From IMG/VR virus record IMGVR_UViG_3300002448_000161: a stretch of DNA of 64,000 bases. The stretch is one strand, 5' to 3'. This DNA comes from a virus. Shown here one piece after another: positions 16,907 through 26,333 of the stretch; within the stretch, counting starts at the first letter, position 1, and each line of letters starts with the position of its first letter. Under the pieces are notes generated by a model. It was not told the DNA's origin. It did no database searches and saw nothing but the letters and a program-made list of their open reading frames with translations. The translations under genes were made by a program, and so were the position numbers.

Positions 16907-17941
16907 TCAGGCTGCCTGGCGGCTGCGGTACTCGACCAGTGGCCCTCTGGTCAGCTCCTCGGCCAGGTTGTCCAGGCCCCGGTTCATGTGGTGGTCGTTG
17001 GCGTCTCCGGGTTCGGGGCTTTGCCACCAGGTCAGCCCGATGCTTCGGGCGAACCTCTGGCCGGTGGGCGGTATGCCTTCGTGGCCGCATTCGGGGCACG
17101 GCGGCCTTGGCTCCCAGGTCTCCTGGTCCCATTTATGGCCGCAGTCCGGGTATCGGCAGATGTACAGGTCGTGGTCCGCCACCACGATACCCTCCTGGGC
17201 TATTTTCAGCAGGTTTCCGGCCGAGAAGGCGACTATGATCAGGTCGTTGTCGCGTCCCATGACGTCCAGCGCCGCGCTTATTGAAAGGGCGGTGGCGTAG
17301 CCCTCGCAGTTCCAGGTTATCTCGGGCCTCTCTCTCTGTTCTAGGTGCATGCTTGAGCCGCTGCTCCGGCAGTAGGGCGGCTCGAAGAGCTTGGTACCGT
17401 CTTCTCTGATGCTCTGCACGGCGGTTATTGAATCAGCGAAATTGCTGTCGCCGGGTCTCGCCGACATCGGGAGTATGATCCGGCTGTTGAGCACTCGGGT
17501 TATCAGTTCCGGGAACCCTTTTTTCTCCAGGTAAGGGTGGGTCTCGGGTCTGGCGCTGCGGTATCTGGCCTGGGCTGTCCGCGCGGCGTTCCGCGCCCTT
17601 TTCTCGTTGAGCTCCTCGTGCTGGCGGCGCCGTTCCGCGATCTCTTCCTGACGGTTTTCGAACCGTATTGAGGCCGTGTTCTGAGGCCTCCAGCCGTTGT
17701 CTCTTGCGGTCCGGAAGAGGTGCCGCAGGTCGACGACCCCGTTGTCCTTGACCGACCGCCAGCAGGTCTGGGCCGCTTTTTCGCTGAATTTCGGGGACGT
17801 TCTGCTCCAGTCCATCCAGATGGCCATAGCCACGTCGCCGAAGTGTCTCTTGAGTGCGAATGCCATTCGTACCCAGGTCTCCCGGTCGTCGGCTGGGATG
17901 TGTCGGAGGGCCTCCTCTGCGCGTGTCAGCTCGTCCTGCAT
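16907..17941 (-). CDS. PriCT-2 + Toprim primase-like protein
   Basis: N-terminal ALRHIPADDRETWVRMAFALK...W.DWS (PriCT-2). Toprim motifs CEGYATALS, VVADHD and GDAND. Confidence 0.8.
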   Translation of the reverse strand: MQDELTRAEEALRHIPADDRETWVRMAFALKRHFGDVAMAIWMDWSRTSPKFSEKAAQTCWRSVKDNGVVDLRHLFRTARDNGWRPQNTASIRFENRQEEIAERRRQHEELNEKRARNAARTAQARYRSARPETHPYLEKKGFPELITRVLNSRIILPMSARPGDSNFADSITAVQSIREDGTKLFEPPYCRSSGSSMHLEQRERPEITWNCEGYATALSISAALDVMGRDNDLIIVAFSAGNLLKIAQEGIVVADHDLYICRYPDCGHKWDQETWEPRPPCPECGHEGIPPTGQRFARSIGLTWWQSPEPGDANDHHMNRGLDNLAEELTRGPLVEYRSRQAA

Positions 17942-17962
17942 TTTCTACACCTCTGGCCGCCT

Positions 17963-18350
17963 TCAGTTGAGTATTGCTTCTCGGAGCGATTGGCGTCGGC
18001 CGGTGGCCATGTGTTCCACGAACCATTGGCCGTCTTCGATCCAGTAGTGCCAGTCATATTTTGACGAGATTTCGTCCCGGTAGTGCCGGTGACTTTCGTG
18101 CGGTCTTCCGCCAGCGTGCGCTGTCCCTTCTTCCATCTTCAGAATTTCGGCTATCTCGCCGGTCAGGCCGTCAGGCTCTCTGAGCAGGCGCCAGCCTGCT
18201 CCCTTGGGGTATCCTTCGTCGGTCAGCACCAGCCCTTCCTCGCAGTATTGTGCGGTGCTTATCAGGGCTGATTCTCTTCGTGCGGTTGTGATTGGGTCCT
18301 CTCTGTGGGATCCCCTCCCTTGTGCCTCTGTGGAGGGGCTCTGGTTATCT
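17963..18350 (-). CDS. Hypothetical protein, start uncertain
   Basis: 3' part of track ORF 17963..18580, which fills the gap between the radical SAM gene and the primase. Confidence 0.3.
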
Positions 18351-18351
18351 T

Positions 18352-19281
18352 TTAGAAGGGCGGCGCGAATCCCGGCTTGCCGACACCCAGTTGCGGCAGC
18401 ATGCCCGCCAGCGTCGCCTTGCTGGCGAAGTATTCCTGCCGGTACGCTTTCAGCGCCTCGCTGTGCTCCAGGCCGTAATGCCTCTCCAGGTGTTCCGGCG
18501 CCCTGGCATCCGTCCCTCGGACGAATCTCACTCCCGGCTTTGCTGGGGCGTGGAAGTCCTGGATTATGAATCGCCGGCACCCCGTGTCCAGCAGTTGTTG
18601 GCCGAAGGCGGCGGCGTTCCTGAGGGGCAGGAGCGGCGTCATGGTGATGCAGGTCTGCACGCCCTGCCTGGTCAGGCTGGCGACGGATTTCAGTCTGGCC
18701 GGATTGCTGGGACAGCCTGGCTCGAAGTCCTTCCTGACTTCCTCGTCGTCGGTGGTCACCGTCATGTTTATCTGCAGGCGGCCGCCGCCTTGTACCAGCT
18801 CCTGGAAGAGGTCGATGTCTCTTTCCACCAGGGGGCTTCTGGTTTGAATCACCATTTTTACCCTTGGCTGGTTATCCACCAGGCATTCCATGACGACCCG
18901 GGTTGCCAGGGCCTGCCGCTCCAGCGGCTGGTAAGGATCTGTTGCGGTCGCCATGTAGATTGTCTTGCCGTTCAGGCTGCCCTTGGGCAATTTGTCGATC
19001 TGCTGGTAGATGTTAGTTTTGGCCGTCACCCACGAGCCCCATTCTTTCTGCATGGTCTCTGAGCTGGCGAAGTTGCTGGCGTAACAATAGGTACATCCGA
19101 AGGAGCAGCCGATGAAGGGGTTGATCACCCCGTCGTACCGGTCTACGAAGCCGGAGCCTCTGGTTATCAGCGTTTTTGGCTGAGCCCTTCCGACCGTGGT
19201 CCTGCCGATCCGGTCCGGTATGTGGATTTCCTGGGTCATTTTTCCTCCCGCGTGGCTTGCCTCATTTTTGTCTGAATCCAT
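18352..19281 (-). CDS. Radical SAM protein, spore-photoproduct-lyase-like family
   Basis: NPFIGCSFGCTYCYA (CxxxCxxC), TDPYQPLE, IQTRS and FEP. Confidence 0.85.
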   Translation of the reverse strand: MDSDKNEASHAGGKMTQEIHIPDRIGRTTVGRAQPKTLITRGSGFVDRYDGVINPFIGCSFGCTYCYASNFASSETMQKEWGSWVTAKTNIYQQIDKLPKGSLNGKTIYMATATDPYQPLERQALATRVVMECLVDNQPRVKMVIQTRSPLVERDIDLFQELVQGGGRLQINMTVTTDDEEVRKDFEPGCPSNPARLKSVASLTRQGVQTCITMTPLLPLRNAAAFGQQLLDTGCRRFIIQDFHAPAKPGVRFVRGTDARAPEHLERHYGLEHSEALKAYRQEYFASKATLAGMLPQLGVGKPGFAPPF

Positions 19282-19320
19282 GCAGGGGTCCGGCCTGGTC
19301 AGGGCCGGACTGATGACGTT

Positions 19321-21822
19321 CTATCTGGTGATGGTCACTCCGAATATATCTTCCCAGCTTGCCTTCGTTTCTTCCGGGGTCTGATTTTCCGGCGGGGCTC
19401 CGATTCGGTTTACGACGATCTCCTGGTACTGGTGGGTATTGGTCCATTCCTGGTCGGTTATGAACCCCTCGTCCTCCGTGTCCTGGCGCTTTGCGTTCTC
19501 GAAGATGGTCTCCAGGTCGCCGACCGTCTCGGCCCCGTCCAGCACCGATTTGGCCAGCGCCATTATCAGGTTGTCGCTCTCGTCCTGCTCAAGCTGTGCC
19601 AGGCCGTCTTCCGGGAGCTGGCCCTCGACCATCATTGACTGGTTCATTTTCTGCGAAATCAGGCGCATGGCCGCCTCCTGCATGGTGCCCCGGTACGCCA
19701 TCATGTATACGGTCACGTTCTGGTCCTGTCCGATCCGGAAGGAGCGCCTGGAGGCCTGCCGTGTCAGGTAGATGGAGTAGTTCATCTCATACCAGATTAT
19801 TACCGGGAACTGGGTCAGGTTCAGGCCGGTGGCCACCAGCTGCGGGTTGCAGATAAGTACGTCGATGCCCTGGGAAAGTTTCTGCTTGATCCAGGTTTCC
19901 CGGTGCTGGGCGCCGCCGCCGTCTCCGGTCCGCATGCTGGCGCTATGGATGCCGGCGTCCCTCAGAACCCGCTCCAGTCTGGGGATTATATCCCGACGGT
20001 TTGTGTGCGTGACGTACACCAACGCCCTTCTTCCCGCCGCGCGTTCCTGTTTTATGGTCTTGATCAGGGCTTCCTCTTTCGGATAGAGCTTGTCTGCGTC
20101 CATCGGGGGCGCCACGATGTCCATGTGGACGTAGGTCCCGGTGTCCTCGTTGAGCTTGACCGGCAGGTGCAGGTTCTCGCCCTGGGTGCAGAGGTCCGGG
20201 TAGGTCAGCAGGGACTGGACGTAGGTTGATACAACCTTGGACATCAGCCTGGTAAACCGGGTCTTTACTATTGCCTTGAAGAGCATTTTCTGCAGGTTCT
20301 GGTAGTTTGACTCCTGGCTGCCGTTCGGGTCGAATCCCTCGGTGTGGACTTCGTCCTCGTACTGGTCGTCGTCGAGGTCCTCGACCTCCTGCCCGTCGAT
20401 GCTGGCTCCCTCATTTTCCTGAACGTCTGTGTCTTCGGTTGATGCATCATGGTCCGCTTGGCCGCTGTCGCTGTCGGCGCTGGGATTCGTTTGGTCTTCC
20501 TGGCTTTCTAATTTGAGGTCCTCGTCGCTCTCCATGGGGACCAGGACCAGCTTTTCCTCGTACGGCGGCAGGTCGTCGGCGACGTCGTGCAGCCTTATGA
20601 AGACCGTGTTCGGGAGGATGTGGAGTATGGCGTCCGGGACCAGGCCTGGTTTTTCCTTGGGCGGCAGTTCCCGGTTGGACTGGCGCTTGCTCATGCGGCC
20701 GTCCCTCGCGTCTCCCTGTTCTTTTCTGATCGTCTGTTCGACGAAGCCGTAATTCTCGACCCAGCGGGGCATATCGTGGAAGCCGAAGTCGGTTTTTATC
20801 TGGCGGTTGAACCGGTACAGCAGGAAGAACAGGGTGCTTGAGTAACCTCCCATCAGGGTTCCGGTGAGCGTTATGCAGCTCTGGCAGACGCTGGCCAGGT
20901 TTCCGGCCGCTATGCCTTGAGCGGTCTTGCCCCCTTTGTATTCGTGGATCTCATCCACGATGATCATGTCGAACCAACGCTTCATCCTCTTGGTGATGTA
21001 GTCGGCGGTGGCTTCCTTGCGCTCGCCGTTGCGGTCTGCGCTCCATAGAGCGCCCTTGCACTTCAGGCAGTAGAGCCTGTTCGCCTCGAGTTCCGGAATT
21101 GTCCTGGCGTTGCCGTTGGCCTTGGTGACCGGCGCGTAGCATTCCGGGCAGGTGGCCCGGTAGTAGCCCGTTCCGATTCTGTCTCCCTCGGTGTTGAAGG
21201 TCCTCTCCTGCCGGGTTATGTAGGCCGCCTTCCAGCGGTAGTTTCGCTTGGCCACCTCCCGGCTCAGGATGAAGTATGCCGGCCGGTCGGGGGTTGTTCT
21301 CTGGAGGATATCCACCCTTTCGACGGTCCGCTTCAGGTCGCGGGTGTCCCTCACGATATGGCAGTAGGGATGGGGCAGCGTCTGGCGGATTTCTCGTTCC
21401 CAGTTCTCGACCAGGTGGGGCGGGCACAGCACCAGGACCCGTTTTTTCCCGAGGTACTCGGTGGCTGCTATGCTTATAATCGTCTTACCTATTCCCATTT
21501 CACCAACTACGTTGGCGCTGCCGTAGGTGTTTACGGCGTGGGATATGGCCTTGATGGCGTGGCCCTGCCCTCCTTTGGGCGTTCTCAACAGACCGGGCAG
21601 CAGCACTTCCCGGAAGTCCTGGGGCCGGTAGGTTGGCGGATAGCTGTTCAGGACCTTCTCCGTTATGCTGTTCCGGTAGGTGGTGACCCATTCGCCTACC
21701 TTTTCTGTCCGGTACTCCGGTTCCCCGATGTCATCCGGTTCTGCGTCCTGGGCCTCTTCTTCGTCATCGTCGACCCCAATGACGACGTCCAGGTCGTCTT
21801 TGTAGCGTGTCGTAGCCACCAT
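19321..21822 (-). CDS. SNF2-like SF2 helicase of conjugative elements
   Basis: GEMGIGKT, DEIHE, LTGTLMGGY, TGLNL and QASRRSFRIGQ, with an internal CPEC/CLKC Zn finger and an acidic insert. Confidence 0.85.
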   Translation of the reverse strand: MVATTRYKDDLDVVIGVDDDEEEAQDAEPDDIGEPEYRTEKVGEWVTTYRNSITEKVLNSYPPTYRPQDFREVLLPGLLRTPKGGQGHAIKAISHAVNTYGSANVVGEMGIGKTIISIAATEYLGKKRVLVLCPPHLVENWEREIRQTLPHPYCHIVRDTRDLKRTVERVDILQRTTPDRPAYFILSREVAKRNYRWKAAYITRQERTFNTEGDRIGTGYYRATCPECYAPVTKANGNARTIPELEANRLYCLKCKGALWSADRNGERKEATADYITKRMKRWFDMIIVDEIHEYKGGKTAQGIAAGNLASVCQSCITLTGTLMGGYSSTLFFLLYRFNRQIKTDFGFHDMPRWVENYGFVEQTIRKEQGDARDGRMSKRQSNRELPPKEKPGLVPDAILHILPNTVFIRLHDVADDLPPYEEKLVLVPMESDEDLKLESQEDQTNPSADSDSGQADHDASTEDTDVQENEGASIDGQEVEDLDDDQYEDEVHTEGFDPNGSQESNYQNLQKMLFKAIVKTRFTRLMSKVVSTYVQSLLTYPDLCTQGENLHLPVKLNEDTGTYVHMDIVAPPMDADKLYPKEEALIKTIKQERAAGRRALVYVTHTNRRDIIPRLERVLRDAGIHSASMRTGDGGGAQHRETWIKQKLSQGIDVLICNPQLVATGLNLTQFPVIIWYEMNYSIYLTRQASRRSFRIGQDQNVTVYMMAYRGTMQEAAMRLISQKMNQSMMVEGQLPEDGLAQLEQDESDNLIMALAKSVLDGAETVGDLETIFENAKRQDTEDEGFITDQEWTNTHQYQEIVVNRIGAPPENQTPEETKASWEDIFGVTITR

Positions 21823-21858
21823 TCTTTTTCGCTCCTAGTCTCGCTTTCGTGCCGGCTC

Positions 21859-22905
21859 CTAGCCTTCGACTTTGACCAGTTCCCCGGTCCTCAGGTTGAT
21901 GTACATAATCGTTTTTTCGAGGCGTTCGCGGATGACGGTTTCCTGGGCATTGTCCACCTCGACCACCTTTTTCTTGCTGCTTTTGCCCTTGACCAGGATC
22001 TCCTGGTCCTCGTGTTCCAGCTTCATGTTGTTCAGCAGTCCGGCTGCTATGAGCGACACGAGGTGGCCCTTTCGCAGCGGCATCAGCGGCATGCTTTGGT
22101 GCTCAACTGCGCTGGTCATCAGCGCTGCGAACTCCCGGCTGGTGAGCACTCCGCGGTCGCGCGCTTCCTCCATCGCTGTGCCCTGGTCTATCTGGGTTAC
22201 CTTCATTCCGATGGGGACCGGCGCCGCCGGCGTGATGTAGTAGTTTTCCCCGCTCTCACCGTCAAGCATGGGAGGCCTTAGGGTCGCGTAGCCTTGCAGT
22301 TCCCTCTCCTTCGTCGCGTCGAGACCGGGCTGGGTTCTCCTCGTCCCCATTACTATTACCTGCTTGAAGGTGGCGTACTCCGGGTCCTGCATGCTCCAGG
22401 TCTGGATCTGGCTGTAGTTCTCCGCCAGGGTATGGGCGGTCAGCTCCAGCTGTTGCTGCGGTATCAGGTAGACCAGCAGCCCGTTGGGCTTGAGGTATCG
22501 GTGGCACCGTTCCAGGAACGCTAGCTCTGCTCTCTTGCTCTCCGGGTCGAAGTCGTACGGAGGATTGAGGAAAAGTATGTCGAAAGCCTCGTTGGTTATG
22601 GCGCTGCCGAAGATGTCGGATGCCAGCACGTGGTTCATCCGCGTCGCGGCGTCCTTGGCTCGCCCGTAGTTGAGTTCGATGCCGTAGAGTAGCGTTGCGT
22701 CCCGGTTTCCGGCCAGCTGGGCCAGCTGGTCGACCGCCTTGCCCTGCCCGCAGCAGGGATCGAAGATGGTTATCTTTTCCCGGCCGGTGGCGTCGTCTTT
22801 GTCCTGGTCAGGCCAGGCAATGTCCACTTTGTCCGCGATTAGCTCGATGGTCCGCGGCGGCGTGGGGTAATACTGGCCGATGGCCTGTGAGGCTAGTCTG
22901 GGCAT
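21859..22905 (-). CDS. N6-adenine DNA methyltransferase (DUF6094-like)
   Basis: QYYPTP, FDPCCGQG (motif I), YGIEL and FLNPPY (motif IV). Sits directly upstream of the SNF2 helicase. Confidence 0.85.
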   Translation of the reverse strand: MPRLASQAIGQYYPTPPRTIELIADKVDIAWPDQDKDDATGREKITIFDPCCGQGKAVDQLAQLAGNRDATLLYGIELNYGRAKDAATRMNHVLASDIFGSAITNEAFDILFLNPPYDFDPESKRAELAFLERCHRYLKPNGLLVYLIPQQQLELTAHTLAENYSQIQTWSMQDPEYATFKQVIVMGTRRTQPGLDATKERELQGYATLRPPMLDGESGENYYITPAAPVPIGMKVTQIDQGTAMEEARDRGVLTSREFAALMTSAVEHQSMPLMPLRKGHLVSLIAAGLLNNMKLEHEDQEILVKGKSSKKKVVEVDNAQETVIRERLEKTIMYINLRTGELVKVEG

Positions 22906-22908
22906 GCC

Positions 22909-23511
22909 TTAATCCTCCTTCACCGTCAGCTGTTTATTGGCGACCGCAGCGGAGATGTCTCTTGCCAGGTAACCGGGCTTGTAGGTGGCCTTGTAGGCCT
23001 TGATGTTGATTGTATGCAACTCCTCGATTTCCCGCATTTCACGGGCTCGCTTCCACAGCCAGTGGCTCCAGCTCTTGTGCAGCGGGAGGTGCGTGATCCT
23101 GGTGAGAAGCCGGTAGTAGAGTTCCTCTTCTGGCTCTTCGCTGTTCATCAGCATGAGCATCTCGTTTCCGGAGACGCTGCGCTCTTCCGCTATTCTCGGG
23201 TACATGACCATGTGGTAGCTGCCGGTGGCCGGCAGCTTTTTCATGATGCGGCGCCAGGTAGTCTTCTGCTTCAGCTCCGGCTGGCTTGCGGTGATGCTGA
23301 ATCTGTAAAGCCCCTGGCCGTTCTGGTCCAGGGGCGTTATGATCGCCGGTTTGGGCGGCGAGTTTACCATTGCGGCCGATATGGCCTTGACCGCTATCTG
23401 CGGTCCGATCATCGAGAGGTAATATAGATGGTTCTCCTCGTCGAGCGCGTAGTCCTCCACGCCGGCTATGAACTCGTTGGCTTCTACCTGGTAGAACTGG
23501 GTGTCGTCCAT
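22909..23511 (-). CDS. Conserved-looking hypothetical protein in the methyltransferase-helicase module
   Basis: Tightly coupled ORF with a globular sequence containing LPLHKSWSHWLW. Confidence 0.6.
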   Translation of the reverse strand: MDDTQFYQVEANEFIAGVEDYALDEENHLYYLSMIGPQIAVKAISAAMVNSPPKPAIITPLDQNGQGLYRFSITASQPELKQKTTWRRIMKKLPATGSYHMVMYPRIAEERSVSGNEMLMLMNSEEPEEELYYRLLTRITHLPLHKSWSHWLWKRAREMREIEELHTINIKAYKATYKPGYLARDISAAVANKQLTVKED

Positions 23512-23559
23512 ATTTGGGTTCAGCTCTCCGTTAGTGGGGTTTGGTGGGCGTCCTGCCTC

Positions 23560-24522
23560 TCAGGCTGCTGCCAGCGCCGGCTCTCTGTCGGCGGTCGCCA
23601 TGATTTTGTCGTCCTCGGCTTCCGTGTCATCGTTGGCCGGTCCGTCGGGCGGCGCGTTTGTGATCCAGTTGTACGCCTTCTGGGCCCTTTGGGCCGCGGT
23701 TATCAGGATCCCTGGATCCTCCCTTATCGTGTCTGCCCATGCGTGGATATAGGCTGCATTTCGCGTTATCGTCTCCCTGGGGAGGCCGCAGGCGTTCGAC
23801 AGCATGGCGGAGGTCATCGCCGCTATCATTTCCTCGATGCCCCGGTCGTGAAGCTCAAATCTGCTGCTGTCGAATCGGTGCAGGCGCTTGGGGGCTCCGG
23901 TGGCGTGGGCCAGCTCGTGGAACCTGGTGTCGTAGTAGGATTCCATCCGGTTGTAGCGCGAGGTCTCCGGCAGGAATACCTGGTCTGTGGACGGGCGGTA
24001 GTGGGGAGCGTGGTCCGCCGTCGCGTAGTGGATGATTTCAGGCGGGTCGGCCATCTCGGCGGTGATCAGCTCTGCGGCGGCTATCGGATCGTGATCGACC
24101 GGTAGCGCTCTCTGGAGCTCCTTGAGGCGGCAGCCGGTGGTCTGCTCTACGTTGAAGACGCGGTAAGGCTTGCATATCGGCCCTCTCCGGTTTTGGCGCC
24201 TGGTTTCTTCGCCGTTGTCGGCGGCGTCGTCGCCTGCGTCGATTATGGGGTCGCTGTCGCGGCTCTCTGCCTTCGGGCTGTTGGGAAACTGCCAGAAAAC
24301 GATGGTTGTGGACTTCTCACCCTTGATTACTTGGCCGCCAAGATTGTTGGCCTGCTTGAGGGTGATCCACCTGGGGTCCTGGTAGTTGTGGAGCATCTGG
24401 GACGCCATGGTGATCCAGATGTTGATGCCCCGGTACGGCTTATTGGTCTTGGCGTTGAGGGGCATTAGCCCGCTGCTGTTCCAGTCCTTCTCCCAGGGGG
24501 CGAGTCCGCCCTCCTCTATCAT
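23560..24522 (-). CDS. ardC: ArdC antirestriction / ssDNA-binding zincin-like protein
   Basis: PWEKDW, YRGIN, W.TLKQ...LGG.V.KGEK, VFNVEQ, HELAHATG and EEMIA. Confidence 0.9.
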   Translation of the reverse strand: MIEEGGLAPWEKDWNSSGLMPLNAKTNKPYRGINIWITMASQMLHNYQDPRWITLKQANNLGGQVIKGEKSTTIVFWQFPNSPKAESRDSDPIIDAGDDAADNGEETRRQNRRGPICKPYRVFNVEQTTGCRLKELQRALPVDHDPIAAAELITAEMADPPEIIHYATADHAPHYRPSTDQVFLPETSRYNRMESYYDTRFHELAHATGAPKRLHRFDSSRFELHDRGIEEMIAAMTSAMLSNACGLPRETITRNAAYIHAWADTIREDPGILITAAQRAQKAYNWITNAPPDGPANDDTEAEDDKIMATADREPALAAA

Positions 24523-24594
24523 CTGCAGGATCTGGCTGGCGATGTTTTCCGCTAGATTTTTTTCACCATCGGCGAGTGCTACTCCTTGTTTGTT

Positions 24595-26244
24595 TTATTC
24601 GTCCTCGGATACTCCGTCTTCTTCCTCGGGCCACAGGTCCACTGCGAATATGGATATCTGTTTTCCGATTACCAGCTTCTTCTTGGCGCGCGTCATGGCC
24701 ACGTAGAACTGCCGGTAGAGTCCGTTCCGGTCCTCCTCGTTCTTGCTGATCCATTCCTGGTAGCCCTTGCGGCTCAGGTCGGGGAAGAGGTACACCACAT
24801 CGGTTTCGGCGCCCTTTACGGAGTGGATTGTTCCCACGATTACCGGCGGCCGGTCGTTAAGCGCTCCGATGCCGCTCTTCTCCACGACGCGTAGCGGGTA
24901 TTCCAGGCTGGCCTTCTTCGATGGCATCAGGTTTTCCTTCAGCCAGTCGAGGTCGCCGGTGAGTCCCGCCTCTATGGCGGCCGGATTTATCAGTCTCTCG
25001 ACGTCTTCCCAGTCGACGAAACCGTCGTCGCCGTTTTCCAGCTCTTTCAGCAATTCCCTGCCCTTGCGGGGCAGCACGTTTTTGACCGGCATTAACGCCG
25101 TCCAGTTGGCCAGGTCCTGGGCCGTCCACCCTCCCTCCGTGGAGAGACCCATGAAGGCGGTCAGCCGGTCGGCGGCCGTGACCTGGTTGGGTCTCTTCAC
25201 TAGGGGGTTCCAGCCCCCGTTGGTTGTGGCCAGCGGGTTGTGGTATGGGACTCCCTTTTCTTTGAGCTCTGCGATCAGCGGGTCGAGCATGTAGGCGCAG
25301 GTGGTCAGGTACATCACCTGGTCGCCGTCGATCATGTGCGAGAAGGCTTTTTCTACCAGCTTCTCCTTATCATGGAAGGTTATTTCTTCGTAGGTTACCT
25401 CCCCCTCGGCGTCAGTCGGCGCGTATGAGATCCGGCGCCGGTTGGTGGCCTGGTTAATCCAGTCCATGGCCTTCTGGTGGACCTGTCTGGGCAACCGGTA
25501 GCTCTGGTTCAGGACCCGGATGTTCTCTTCCGGGATATTGGAGTTGGTGAACGCGTTGGGGTCTGCCCCGCGCCAGGTGTATATTGTCTGGTCAGGGTCT
25601 CCGACCAATACCAGGCAGCCGGCCTCTTCTCCCCACTGACGTAGCAGGGTTAGTTGCAGGAGGTCCAGGTCCTGCGCTTCGTCCACGAAAATTATGTTGG
25701 CGCCGTTGGGCGGCGGTATTTTTCTGAGAAGGACTTCCTCGACCATGTCCATGTAGTCGAGCAGGTTGTTCTTGGTCTTCCAGGCCTTCCACATCTGTCC
25801 GAATGTCTCGGCGTAAGCCTTGGGCGGTTCCATTCTGGCCCTGGCCCTCATGAATTCCGCCATCATGCGCTCTGCGCCGTCGCCCTGCGGTATATCGGCG
25901 GCGTTGCTGTCCAGGTTCCCCCGGGACGCTCTCGCGTTTAGCTGGTACCGTTCGGTGTGGGTTTCGTTCCAATCGGCAATCTGGAGTTCGGCAATCATTG
26001 GTCGGTCGAGCAGCCGGTGGCAGAAACTGTGGAGCGTTGCGATTTGTCCAGTGTCCAGGGGAAGTTCCCTGCCGATTACTTCCTGTACCGATGCCCGGCT
26101 GTAGCAGACTATTATGGGGTTTGCGCCTTCCTCAACCAGCCGGTTGACCTGGCTCGTGATCCAGGTTGTTTTGCCGGTCCCCGGTGGCCCGATGGTTTGG
26201 TATTCGTAGCTGTTTGCTTGGTCTGATTGTTCTGTGGGTTCCAT
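24595..26244 (-). CDS. UvrD/Rep-like SF1 helicase
   Basis: GPPGTGKT, DEAQD, GDPDQTIY, QSYR, TIHSVKGAE and YVAMTRA. Confidence 0.9.
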   Translation of the reverse strand: MEPTEQSDQANSYEYQTIGPPGTGKTTWITSQVNRLVEEGANPIIVCYSRASVQEVIGRELPLDTGQIATLHSFCHRLLDRPMIAELQIADWNETHTERYQLNARASRGNLDSNAADIPQGDGAERMMAEFMRARARMEPPKAYAETFGQMWKAWKTKNNLLDYMDMVEEVLLRKIPPPNGANIIFVDEAQDLDLLQLTLLRQWGEEAGCLVLVGDPDQTIYTWRGADPNAFTNSNIPEENIRVLNQSYRLPRQVHQKAMDWINQATNRRRISYAPTDAEGEVTYEEITFHDKEKLVEKAFSHMIDGDQVMYLTTCAYMLDPLIAELKEKGVPYHNPLATTNGGWNPLVKRPNQVTAADRLTAFMGLSTEGGWTAQDLANWTALMPVKNVLPRKGRELLKELENGDDGFVDWEDVERLINPAAIEAGLTGDLDWLKENLMPSKKASLEYPLRVVEKSGIGALNDRPPVIVGTIHSVKGAETDVVYLFPDLSRKGYQEWISKNEEDRNGLYRQFYVAMTRAKKKLVIGKQISIFAVDLWPEEEDGVSEDE

Positions 26245-26333
26245 TCTTACCTGCCTGGAACAGTCGGGGGCCGGTCACCTGCTTTGCAGCGGCGCCCGGC
26301 CCCTTTTGGGTCTGTGGTCCTTACCTGGAAATT

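Noticed and set aside
15895-17238. Long antisense ORFs (e.g. 15895..17238, 6878..8071, 1415..2296, 3822..4751, 51269..52399)
   Set aside because: They are shadows of well-supported genes on the opposite strand, with no motifs. High GC content makes such frames common.
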